Positions 25,857-37,599 of a DNA stretch of 64,000 nt are shown piece by piece. Source of the DNA: Massalongia carnosa. Lineage: Eukaryota. Every line of letters begins with the position of its first letter. The first letter of the stretch is position 1. A model generated the notes under the pieces. That model did no database searches. It was not told the origin of the DNA and saw only the letters and a list, made by a program, of their open reading frames with translations. The translations under genes were made by a program, and so were the position numbers. The stretch is from assembly GCA_965645245.1 (NCBI GenBank), contig OZ287082.1, positions 1,054,001 to 1,118,000 of the forward strand, read 5' to 3'.

Positions 25857-26414
25857 ATGCATATTGCTTCGACCCTGCCCTTTGTGGCCCTTTCATTTGC
25901 CGTTCTTGCTGCTGGCGCACCTCCGTACATCGAACAGCGCAACGACCTTTCGAAGCGTGCGAACCCTAAGTTCGACTATCCCGGAAGCCCTGATGAGGTT
26001 GCGAAGCGCGCGAACCCTAAGTTCGATTATCCCGGGAGTCCTGATGAGGTCGCGAAGCGCGCGAATCCTAAGTTTGACTATCCCGGAAGCCCTGACGAGC
26101 TCGTGAAGCGTGCAAACCCTAAGTTCGACTATCCCGGAAGCCCTGACGAGCTCGTGAAGCGTGCAAACCCTAAGTTCGACTATCCCGGAAGCCCTGATGA
26201 GGTCGCGAAGCGTGCAAACCCTAAGTTTGACTATCCCGGAAGTCCTGATGAGGTCGCGAAGCGCGCGAATCCCAAGTTCGACTATCCCGGAAGTCCTGAC
26301 GAGCTCGTGGAGCGTGCAAACCCTAAGTTCGACTATCCCGGAAGTCCTGATGAGGTCGCGAAGCGCGCAAACCCTAAGTTCGATTATCCCGGAAGCCCAG
26401 ACGAAGTCGAGTAG
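25857..26414 (+). CDS. Kex2-processed repeat protein; dikaritin RiPP precursor (UstA/GigA-like architecture)
   Basis: Signal peptide, short pro-region, and nine 17-aa (51-bp) repeats KR-ANPKFDYPGSPDE-(VA/LV/VE); adjacent to the DUF3328 gene. Confidence 0.93.
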   Translation: MHIASTLPFVALSFAVLAAGAPPYIEQRNDLSKRANPKFDYPGSPDEVAKRANPKFDYPGSPDEVAKRANPKFDYPGSPDELVKRANPKFDYPGSPDELVKRANPKFDYPGSPDEVAKRANPKFDYPGSPDEVAKRANPKFDYPGSPDELVERANPKFDYPGSPDEVAKRANPKFDYPGSPDEVE

Positions 26415-27195
26415 CTCTTCAGGCGCTTCAACTTCCAGATGCGTGATGACAGCAGCCTTGGAGAGATGGAATAGGGCGGTTAATATCACGGATATTTATT
26501 TAGTTGGAGACATAGTGTCACGCTCAGACTGGGTGCAGATAAAAATACTGGCCATCGCTCTTTACTTTACTTTCTGTAACTATTGCTCTATGTAGCTCCT
26601 GAACTGAGTCACTCATTCATATTACTCCAAACAACATGGAAAGAGCGAAAGTTCCATTAAAAACTACTGTTCGTAGAAGTCCTTTGTAGGTAGATCAACT
26701 ATTACCGTTTGAAATATAACTACGTGTTTAAATCATTAAACATAACAGTTGAAAACAAACAAGCAGAATTCTTGAATCGGGTTCAAACGATGGATGACAC
26801 TGACAAAAGAACAATTTGTTTACTAACGATTTTTTTTTTTTGGGAAAATAATTGTTTCGTTAAATCAACATCTTTCTTCGAGCGCGTTTAATCGATAAAT
26901 TTAAGCGATAACAATTACATACTGATGATGTACGGTAGCAGAATTATTATGCCATGTCTAAGTCATCACCATGGCTTCCTTGAAAAAAAAAAGGGCTGCT
27001 ACCTGGCGGTATCCTCTCGTTCTGTCTCTAATCTGTCATCTTACCTGATTATTGTGTGCTACTTCTCACCTGGACATTAGTGGAATAAAATTGAAAATTT
27101 TCAGGCTTGTCAGCCATGTGACAACGTAATAGAGCTTACATCCTCCTGGGTTGAGCCAGAAGCAAATTATTGATAAAAATGTAACAGCGGATAAC

Positions 27196-29021
27196 TTATA
27201 CTCTACGACTGGGGGGTTTATAACACTTTAGCCACCGCTTCAACGCCTGTATGAAAACCGATCGTACCTGTCTCCCGGGCTCAAAACCAGCCGTAAAGTC
27301 AGAACAATGCTGGCTATTGGGAATCACATGTCCAAATATTTTCTCTTCGCTCATCTGCACGTTGCACTCAGGAATATCCGTAGACGCCATAGCGTGATCC
27401 GTGGCCAGATTGACCGTGGAAAGCGGCGTAAGACTACGCCATGGGTCGTATTCTCCGGCAGTCCAAAAAACGTTGGACGGACGCATCCACTGTCCACCCG
27501 TCTCGTGGACGAACTGCTCCGCCCGCGGTACTCGAGGCAAATCTCCTGTTGCATCGGCGCCAGGAAACTGTCCGTAGCACAAACTCTGGTGATACTCCGG
27601 CGACAAGTATTTGGACACAATAGAATGGGGTCCGACATTTTGAACAGAGAAGTAACCCCACTCTGAGCACAGCAACCAACTCCAAGCAATCATCATAGGG
27701 TCCGACTCACGTGTCTGAGAGAGGTCACAAGACGGTGGTAGGTTGCTATCTAGTAAGCGACAATTGGTTTTGAAGTCTCGATTGATGGATTCTAGCAAAG
27801 GAGGCCAAGAAGCAAGTCGCTCTGTCAAATATTTAGGACCCCTTGTAGGGGCAAGCCCTTCATCGGACGCAGGCGTCTGAGCCTGCAGGTCTGTTTCAAG
27901 ATAGTCGCATAAAGCTGCTAGAGAGATGGCGCCGGTGCCATTGCTTTCACGCTTGGTCATGCCTTGACTCTGAAAGGAGGCATAGATGAAAGCTAGCGCA
28001 AGTGCGAAATCTCCATTGTTGTTGTCCTGTGCTCCTAGACCAGGACCTAGAAATAGTTCCTTTATCGCGGTCGCGTTATCATTCCGACTGGAGAGCTGAA
28101 GATCGATGTAGTTCATGATCTTGTGCAGATCACGGCTACAATTCCCATACCCGTAGTTCACCATTCCACGATAGACCAGGTCGAAATAGGAACTGAAGTT
28201 AATGCGCGCTTCCACAGGTGCAGACGAGGCGTATGATGCATAGAAGGTTTCCGGATACATTTGACGTGACAGAGCTGCTCGTACGCCAGAATACGAGCAT
28301 CCAATCATCACCCATGGAGTCGACTCGGGAGTTAGGTCGTGGTCTGGGAGAGACCTCCGGTGAAAAGATCGCGCAAAGTAAGGTATATCTGCTAGCGCTT
28401 GCTTGTAAGTGAGGGGCTTTAGATGCTCCCAAGGGGTTGAGAGGTTGATAGGAAAAGGTAGGGATTCCCCGAAATAGCTAGAAAGTAAATCAAAGTAAGT
28501 AAGCGCATGATGTATCTCCATTTGCAAATTGCCTCCACATACCGGTGCTCCCAAACTATTCCAATTCCATGGAATTCCTGGAGAATCTCCAGAAGATACG
28601 ATGAAGAAGTATTTAAGAAACGATGAGCAGAGCGCTCTGCATTATTCTCCCCGACATCATGCACCAAAACTGGTCCACCTGGTTGATAAAACTGATCATT
28701 GACCCAATATCGATTTTGGTAGGTCCCCAGGGACGGTTCAGTATGGTCAATGGGGAGCTGCGATTTCGGGGCGGAGTCAATTTGTGATGTCTTCTATTTG
28801 TGTCAGAAGTAATGACTTACAATCACAAACTCAGCAGGTATGGCAATGTCTGAGAGATTCTCATGCGTTAGATAGATTTGTGTACTCTCTGGACCCCGTA
28901 ATCTATTTGACCAAGGGCCATGCTGACATGCGTTGGGATGATTCTCATCAATCCAAGCTCGTGCATGAAATGAAGAAGTACAGATAATCAGAGCAAGAAG
29001 TGATATGAGAGTTAATATCAT
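27196..29021 (-). CDS. Secreted serine peptidase, family S28 (about 565 aa, 3 exons)
   Basis: Exons 29021-28821, 28757-28543 and 28477-27196 join in frame. Signal peptide, LPIDH...YQNRYWVN, WEHRYFGES, QALAD, GCSYSG (Ser), YDPW (Asp) and HCSD (His). Confidence 0.9.
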
Positions 29022-29082
29022 AGTGAGGCATCATGAAGATGAGTAGCTATTGAGACCGAAATAGAAATTCGGCTGGCATTAT

Positions 29083-31390
29083 CCCTCTCGCTGGTGAATT
29101 GGCACCCTCCCGCACTAGCTGTTAGTCGCATAGTTAGTGTTAGTAAGCAAGAACATCAAAATCTGTTTACTTTCTACCTCAAAACAATCACCATTATTAT
29201 CATTAGAAAAATAAATCTCCTTACCATCAATTGCTTCAAACATCATATTATATTTTATTCAGCGTCATGGGACTAAATGAAGAAGAAATTCCGAGTGTTT
29301 CAGACAAATCCCCGTTTCAGCAAAGCAACATAGGATAAATAGCAAACGCACTGTTAAAAGCATCTTGGCTGACATTCCTCCTCCTCTTTCGAGTTACAAA
29401 CCCATTTCAATTGATGATAGACCTCCAAGATCGCTGGTGAATGGTCTTGTTGATACTTCTCTTAGATTTTTTCAGCTCTTTATTACGACTCAGCTCTGTC
29501 GGACCATCGCATATCACACGAACATCAAGGCTCACGATCATACAGAGAAAGAAAAGGAGAATAATCATCGATTGGACCAGAAATTGAGGTTTTTTTGGGC
29601 ATTCTTTTGTTTATGGGCATGGATCATGCGCCTGCCACGGAAGATTACTGGAATCAATGCCCCGACAAGCCCATTTTCCTATCTATTTCACAAGCCATGT
29701 CCCTCGTACGATTTCAACAAATCAAGAGATTCTTAAAGCTTAATAATGGACGTACAGAACCTCCGCGCATGGGCAAAGGAGTCGATTGGTGGAAGAAGTT
29801 GGAACCTCTTGCTACTGATTTTCGTCAGGCCTCGTTGAAGTACTATCAACCAGGAAGCATCATATCATTGATGAGCAGCTTATTAAGTTCGAAGGTCGAT
29901 CACGTCATACTCTACAAATAACCTCAAAGCAGGCTGGAAAGGGGTTTAATATATATAGTCTTTGTCAGAATAACTACTTGATATCTTTTTTGTTTGCCTC
30001 CAAAGTTAGTATCTTTCTAAAAAATTAAATCTCATTTTCCCTTTTTGATCTCTGAATCGTGATCTCTTTCGGACAAAATTCCATGAAACCTTGTGTTTTT
30101 GCTGTAAAAACCCTCTGTTTTCTGTCGCTTTTCCCAACATAAACTGCAATGATTAACACGTATCAGGTCACAAAAACCAGTCAGTTAAAAACCGCTAGAC
30201 AACTGGGCTTTAGCAAAGGATGGCCTTTCGGATAGTGCTTTGCTGGTAATTCAGCTTTGTAAAACACTTCCTGAACCACCCAATTACACTCTTTTCTGCA
30301 ACAACTTCTTTACCAGCACAAAGCTATTCAAAGCTCTTCGATCACTAGGAATTGCTGCATGTGGAACAGCTAAAAAAGGCTCTGGATTTCCCGCGAAGTT
30401 GTTGGCTCTGCGGGATGTGGCCAATAAATCCAAACATTGGGGACTTCGGGCCAGTACGACTGTGGATGAGGTGGTCTGTTTGGGATGGGTGGACAATAAC
30501 ACCGTTCAGTTGATGACTACTCGTCATCATCCTCGGGAGCTTGATGACTCGTACTATTTACATCCGCTTAAAAGGCATGGAATTCCAGAAGACTCCTTTC
30601 AGCCAATCATACCCATACTATACTATCCCTCAATGTACGCTCACATCATTTTGCTGCGTGATCAAACACCTTCATGGCCTTTAGGCCTACCGATTCCCGC
30701 ACCAGTCAGAGAATAAAATCTTCACATGGGTGGGCCAGATGGAAATGCTCAGCAGAGAGCAGTTTATTCTTATCAACGCCGAAGCGATCGATATTGGTGG
30801 CCAATGTTTATTTTTTTGTTAGATGCTGCTGCGCTCAATGCATACAAGCTTTATCTAATTGATGACTTCAGAACAGAAGGAAAAAAACTCACTCGTACGG
30901 ATTTTACTCATCATCTTGCCCTTAGTCTGATGAAGAATCCCGCTGGATAAACCCGACGACATGAGTCAAAGATAAGGATTCAGACCAACTCTGAGCCTTT
31001 AGTTTCTACCCCGAGCACCATTATATTCATCTGGAGAAGAAGCGGAAATGCGAGCCCTGCAATGTCAATTAAACAAGGCCCTCCAAAAGAAAAGGGGAGC
31101 CTTTGGCTGAAAGAGACGCTAATGGCAGGAAAAGAAAGCAGCGAGGTTCTCAAACAAGATGGGCGTGTGGAGGATGTCATCCAATCAGACCTTGTTGTAA
31201 AAATCAGGCCTGCTGGGCGGCAATACATTTGAACTGAAAGAAGTAGATGGAGTTCAGGTAGATAGTAATTGATTGGGCAATTCTTTAAAAGGGTCAGAAA
31301 GGGGTAGCAAGCCGCTTATTTGATTGGTAGATATTTAAGGTTTCGGGAGCTCTAAACCATCTATAGCTAGTGCGGGAGGGGGGTAATTCA
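29083..31390 (+). mobile_element. piggyBac-like transposon, degenerate, right end truncated
   Basis: TTAT|CCCTCTCG left end. Fragments with MSLVRFQQIKRF, SIDE, NFFTS, ACGT, WVDN and HMGGPD, plus a Cys-rich tail. The right inverted repeat AGCTAGTGCGGGAGGG...AATTCA lacks its last ~12 bp. Confidence 0.82.
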
Positions 31391-34300
31391 TTCAGTGCTA
31401 TAGCGCCTTCCCTTTCAAGTACATTCACTGTCGGAGAAGCATCATCCTGCATCAGGCCGAGCTCAGTCATCAATAAGCGTATCCATATGGTCTCCTTAGC
31501 AGGCAAGGTGAGTGCCATATATTCTGCTTCTGTGGATGATAGTATGACGGTTTGTTGTCTTCTGAAACACCAACTGATTGGTCCGTTGTTTAACATAAAA
31601 ACATATCCTGAGGTGGACTTGCGGTCTTCCCTGTCTCCGGCCCAGTCAGAGTCGGAATAGCCCTGTACAGACATATCTCCTCCACCAAAGGTGATACCTC
31701 TGTCTTTGGTGGCACTGAGGCACCGGAGTATGTGTTTGGCTGCTTCCATATGTGTTTTGCCTGGGTTTTTGGCATGTCGGCTAACCACTGAGGTTGCAAA
31801 GGCTATATCTGGCCGTGTCTCTATCATGGCAAACACGCTGGACCCTACTATGGCTTGATATTGCTTAATGTCTGATTCTGAGGCCTGAGATTCATTTCTG
31901 AATAGATTGCCTTCTTTCATAGGGGTGGTGGTGGATTTTGCGTTCTGCATGTGAAAATTCTCAAGGACCTTTGTAATGGATGTAGGCTGAGATAGTTTTA
32001 TTGTTTTGTTTACGCGATTCCGTTCCACTTTTAGACCCAAATAGTGACTGATTGGGCCCATGTCCACCATTTTGAAAGCGATATTAAGTTGTCTCTTGAC
32101 CTCAGAGATCATTGATGACCCCTTGGGTCCTATGATGTTCAGGTCATCCACGAAGGAGGTGACAATGGGACCTTCGATGCCTGCTGGAGAGGCAAAGATG
32201 CTATGATCTGCATGAAGTTTCGACAGACCCAGCTTGATGAGTAGAAAATTTGATGAACGTTCATACCACAGACGAGGAGATTGTTGTGTTCCTTGTCCAT
32301 GGAGTAACCCCAATTGTCTGAATGAGAACATTTCATGGCCTGATTGTATGTCTGTGGTTCAGCAACGTCGAGATGGGACAGTGCATCATAGTCCTGCAGT
32401 CCTGAAGATCCTTCTTTCTCTAGAGTTCTGGCTAAAAGTACAAGTGGGTCCTCTGCATGTCTGTCTTGAGATGTATGGACATGGTCTGGTTCAACTAAAG
32501 CTTTGTCGGAGAGCAGAGACAATATGTGCTTCACATGAATATGCTTTCTGGATCTACCTCGTCCACGTTTAGGGGTTGAAGTGGGAGGTGAAATGACAAC
32601 TGGTTCTGATAGGATGTTTGTATCGGGTGCCATGATGGCATCATACGTAGGAACGTTGGTCTGGTCTTTGGAGATGGCGATTTCATGAATGCGCAGATCT
32701 TTGACCCTGATGACCCTGCAGTCCTTTTCCGAGAAAACCCGATAAATGGTGCATCCGTCATATCCACATAGAATGCCACGCTGGGCCCGAGGTGAGAATT
32801 TGACCGATTTGCTATTTGCTCCTACTTGTTCTTCTCTATGAACGAGATCTCTATGAACGAGAACATATACAGTAGATCCCAAAACTCTCAGATGATCTAA
32901 AGAAGGTGGCTTTGAGTCATAAATTTCAAAGGGACTCTTTCCAGATAAAGCGTTTGTAGGTCTGACGTTCTTGGTATGAACCATAACTAGAACTACCTCT
33001 GTCCATAAATAGTCCGGAATGCCTCCTTCGATGATGGTACACCTGGTCATGTTCATGATGGTCCTGCCAGTTGTTTCGGACACTCCGTTCTGTTCCTGTG
33101 AATGTGGTGCGGAGGGTTCAAACGTTATCCCTTCCTTCAGAAACCAGTCGTCCGATTTCAGACTTCGGAGTTCGGTGCCATAGTCGGTGCGAAAGACGCT
33201 CATTGGTTTGCTCTTTCCTAGTTCACAGGATGGACAGTACCAATCCTTGCTGACATTGTCCGAGTAAGGTACATCGAGTCGCTTTAGATAAGTGCGACAA
33301 TCAGTTATATTCAGATGACCAAGACGTGCATGCCATGTTGTCAAGTCCGCTCTGTTAGATGTATGATAAACAGCGGTCTTGGGCCCTTGAAAAGTTTGAT
33401 TGTCTATCTGTGTGAGACGTACTAGTACAGCCACTTCTGGGGTATCCAAGATCTTCACTATGAAGTTGGTGTTGACTCTTGGGACATACCCTATGACCCT
33501 TCCACTGGATTGGAGGAATAGGGTCCAGTTCAGATTGTCATAGTAAATGTCATGACGATTGAGTAGTACCAGGCTGATAAGGTTCACTGGACACTGTGGA
33601 ATGAGCAGTACGTTGTGTAAGATTAACACTGACGAGGGTGAGTCGTCCTGTAGTGCCAACGTTCTCTCGATAACTCCCCTCCCTGGAGACATTCCTTCCG
33701 AAGTAGATCCCGCCAGACCTGTTGGACGTACTACATAATCAATAAAAGATGATCTGTGATTACATACGTGCATGTCTACGGCGCTATCAAGGAGCCAGGT
33801 GTCTCGGTCTAAGTTTGTCATGGCCATGACTTTCTGTAATACTGTGGTCATGACCAGTGTGAGACAACTGTTCAGTGTAGGGGGTTCTGTGGCCGAAGAG
33901 TTTGGAACAGCCGTTGTTTCTGGCTTGGAGGACTTGGCCCTTTTGGCCCTCCCTGAATCAGCTACGTCTCTCGCTCTCTTCAGATGAGGAAACTTCTGAA
34001 AGCACTCATTTGGCCAGTGGCGAGTTCTATTCCTTGCTACGCACTCTGGAACAGTACAACTTCCTATAGGTGCTCTGCCTCTGTTGGATGAAGTGCTAGT
34101 GTTAGTGTGAAGGGCCTTGACGTCTGTGTTGTTGGTCTTTGTGGTTTCTGAGAGACTTGTGGTGTCATGTGTCCAGTCCCTGCGGAGTTGTGCAATGAGT
34201 GGATCATACTTGTCTGTAGTGTTACCAAGTAGCATGCCCTGTAGCACAAACTCTATGGAGGTTATGTTCACCTTGGCTCCATCGACCAACATGCCCTTGA

Positions 34301-36069
34301 TCTGATTGAAAGCACCGTCATATTCTGCACAGTATTGACCTACGGTTTCAAAACCTCTCATCCTTTTTGCACTGACCCTCAAGATGACATCCGTGATGCT
34401 CATTGGTGCTATGTCCTGGAATCTAGTCTTCAGGGTTGCCCACATCTCGGCAGCAGTTTTATTGTTGATGAGGTTGAAATGGCATGGCGCAACCAGTCCG
34501 TGTATGATTCCAATAGCCTTGGTCATCGCAGTCTTCTGTCTGTTCATGTCATCCCGAAGTTCTTTGACAAGGATGCTGGTAGTAAGACTGGCTTGAGTGA
34601 AGCCTGAGTCGATGAGGCTCTGTCGGATGGAATCAAGTGTAATATCTGGTTGGGTCTCCGATGTGGCTGTATCGCAGTGGTTCTTCAGCAGAACTCCTCT
34701 GGTGTAGCTAGCCCATGCCGAATAGTGCTCTGCCTTCTCTAGAAGATAGGACTTTTCTGTGGAACTGATGGCATCTGGGAGAGACATGATGAAAAGAGGT
34801 GTCTAAGTAAACTTCTGTGATTTTTTGATAAATATCTAAGTTTCTGAGGTAAACACAGAAGTAGGATGTGCACTGGAACGAATGGAGAAGATGGGGATAC
34901 GTGGTCATTATATAGACAAACGATCCCTCTCTGCGACATCAAACTGTGATGTTCCTTATTTGCCACAACGCTTTTACCCTCATGAAAGACTTTCACTCAA
35001 TGGTAGAACTTTCACTTGGTGGTGTGAAGATAGGGGCGTTCTGAACCATGACTCTACCCATCTATTTAACAGGCCGGGCCTGTCAAATGGAATAAGGGTT
35101 TTCCGAGGTCTGTAACTACCAATACCGAGACTTTTGAGGCGTTCTGCTTATTGAAAGTCTGATTAAGATAGGTGATACAGCAGAAATCAGACCTTGAAAG
35201 ATAGTTCAGATGGTCTGCCTCTGGGTCAACGTCAGTCAAATGATGATGCAGCAAGAATCAGAGTTTTGAAGTGATCTGTTCTTGGGTCAAAGTAAGTTGA
35301 GTGGTGATGCAGCAAAAGTCAGACTGAGATCTGCCTCTGGGTCAACGTCAGTCAAATGATGATGCAGCAAGAATCAAAGTTTTTGAAGTGATCTGTTCTT
35401 GGGTCAAAGTAAGGTGAATGATGAAGCAGCAAAAGTTAGACTGAAATCTGCCTCTGGGTCAACGTCATCATCTGGATTGTCCTAGAACCTTCGGGCAAGA
35501 AGCCTGTCGAGTGTTCAAGGTCTTTGAAGAGTGCCTCTGATGCATGTAATCTGGCAAAAGGTCTTTTGAGTATTTTGCCTATGGGGCACGTAGGCCAGCA
35601 GGACTTTGTAGTTTGCCTATGGGGCACGTAGGCCAGCAGGACTTGTAGTTTGCCTATGGGCATTGTGGGCAATCGTCTCTGTCTCTCGTGCACATGAAGA
35701 TTTAGTATGTCTCGTTCATAGAACTTTTGACGAGAGAGATCGATGCTTAGCTGTTTTAGCATTGAATGCAGCGGATAGGTCTGCTTCGATTCCTGTGTAA
35801 TCGATAGCGCCCTGCCGGGCTCATAACCTGTTGAAATAGGTATATGATTTTGACTATATGGCTATGTAATAAATGACAATGTGTATGACCCTGATATATA
35901 AGATGAAGAGTTGCTATGAAGCAGTCACGCAGTCTTCCTCTACTAAGCGAAGTGATAATAGTTTATCCGAGCCTAGGTTGCTTAAGATGCCGCTAAAGCT
36001 CTTAAGTAACCGATACGGTTAGACTGAATCTGATCTCATCTAATCTGTTGTGCTGGTAGAAGTTGAACA
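31391..36069 (-). mobile_element. Ty1/Copia retrotransposon, 3'-truncated with internal deletions
   Basis: 5' LTR 35829-36069 (TG...CA) and PBS GGTTATGAGCCC. ORFs 34787-32139 (gag, WLLDSA protease, WHARLGH, integrase) and 32331-~31391 (FVDD RT, YSDSDWAG RNase H). No 3' LTR. Confidence 0.9.
35200..35660. repeat. Tandem duplications in the Copia 5' leader
   Basis: About 115-bp unit (TCTGCCTCTGGGTCAACGTCA...) roughly 2.3 times, and an about 38-bp unit (TTTGCCTATGGGGCACGTAGGCCAGCAGGACTT) roughly 2.4 times. Confidence 0.75.
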
Positions 36070-37599
36070 TTCAAACTAAATTAATTTAATATATTATCGC
36101 GAATATGATTATTTTAAGATCGACGTTTGCGAGCACAATACGAGACGAGAATACAGTCGAACCCCGCCATAACGATGGTGGCGTTTTACCAAAAGAATTT
36201 CGTTATAGCGGGTTTTTCGTTATATCGGGCGAGATGGGGAAAATCATGGTAAATTTACTACTTTGACCCCCTATAAACTCCCAATTCCCCCCCCTTGTCC
36301 CCCCAGCAACTACCCAACTGCTTAAAGTAGATTGTTTTTACTGTTTTGCCGTCTTTTAAACAGCCCCCGTTCATGCCTTCGTAATTGACGAAGCATGTCC
36401 ATATCGCCCTTCAACTGCTGTTCTTCATGCAGTCTCAGGATCCTACAAGCCTCCTGTGCTTGACAGACCGTTATAACAGGTGTAACTTCCGCCTCTTCAT
36501 CCGTCTCAGCGAGCCATTCCTGCTCCGCATATCGTGAAACGATATCATTCATAATATCTTCATTTGTGTCCCCTATGTTGTAATAGAAGCTCTGCTGGCA
36601 TAGTAAAAAGCTCACTTTTGAAACGATTGATATTTCTATCTACCTATCTAAGGACCGTGTTTATATAGATAGAAAAACATGCCGAAAACCGTTCTCCCTA
36701 TGACTCACCTTCCTGCTTCCTAGAAATCTAAGATTGGTGATTGACTCATATCCAATTTATGACTCGATGGGAATGTTCATAGAAGTTTTGCGGTGCTTCT
36801 CGAGGTCGTTATGTGTTGCCTAATGTTCTATGACCCTTATCGGTGCCGTTACCTTCGCTTGCGCTGGGGGGGCTTTTAATTGGATGAATTGATTTGAAGG
36901 CTTGAATTTGATTGGGCATGGGAACGACACAGGTCAGCCCGGGCAGGCCTAGGCACGTGACTCGGGGTCGGTGCTGAGGTGAGAACCTCATCTTCTAGGC
37001 CCGAGGCGTCTGCTGACGCTCAACGATCTGATAGATGATGCCCGACGGCAGTGCCCGACGGCGATGATCTAGATGGAGGTGCCCGGCGGCGCTCCGGATC
37101 GATGCCCTGGTTGACCTGTACGCCCATCGCTCACTTAAGGTGGCTTCTAACTAGCTATGAATCTCGGGTGGCCGAGGGTGGGGAAAAGCAGCAAGCACTG
37201 ACAGCGAGGTAGGGGCACCGAGACAACGTGGGGTCGACGACGAGTCAGTGAGATGGATGAGGCCGAGTGAGAAGAAGTGAATGAGGAAAGAATTTTCAGA
37301 GGGTGATTCTTAATTTACTTTGACTCAGGGGCCTCACGTGACATAGAACCATCTCATCTATGACCCTTATCGGTGCCGTTACCTTCGCTTGCGCTGGGGG
37401 GGGCTTTTAATTGGATGAATTGGTTTGAATGCTTGAATTTGATTGGGCATGGGAACGACACAGGTCAGCCCGGGCAGGCCTAGGCACGTGACTCGGGGTC
37501 GGTGCTGAGGTGAGAACCTCATCTTCTAGGCCCGAGGCGTCTGCTGACGCTCAACGATCCGATAGATGATGCCCGACGGCAGTGCCCGACGGCGATGAT

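Noticed and set aside
25953..26411. CRISPR-like or non-coding 51-bp tandem array
   Set aside because: No unique spacers, eukaryotic context, and the units are in-frame peptide repeats.
25857..26414. Alpha-factor-like pheromone precursor
   Set aside because: It lacks the xA/xP dipeptide runs after KR and the W/C...GQPC-type core of filamentous ascomycete pheromones, and it sits next to a DUF3328 gene.
25893..26595. Overlapping repetitive ORFs in other frames and on the other strand
   Set aside because: Shadows of the precursor repeat.
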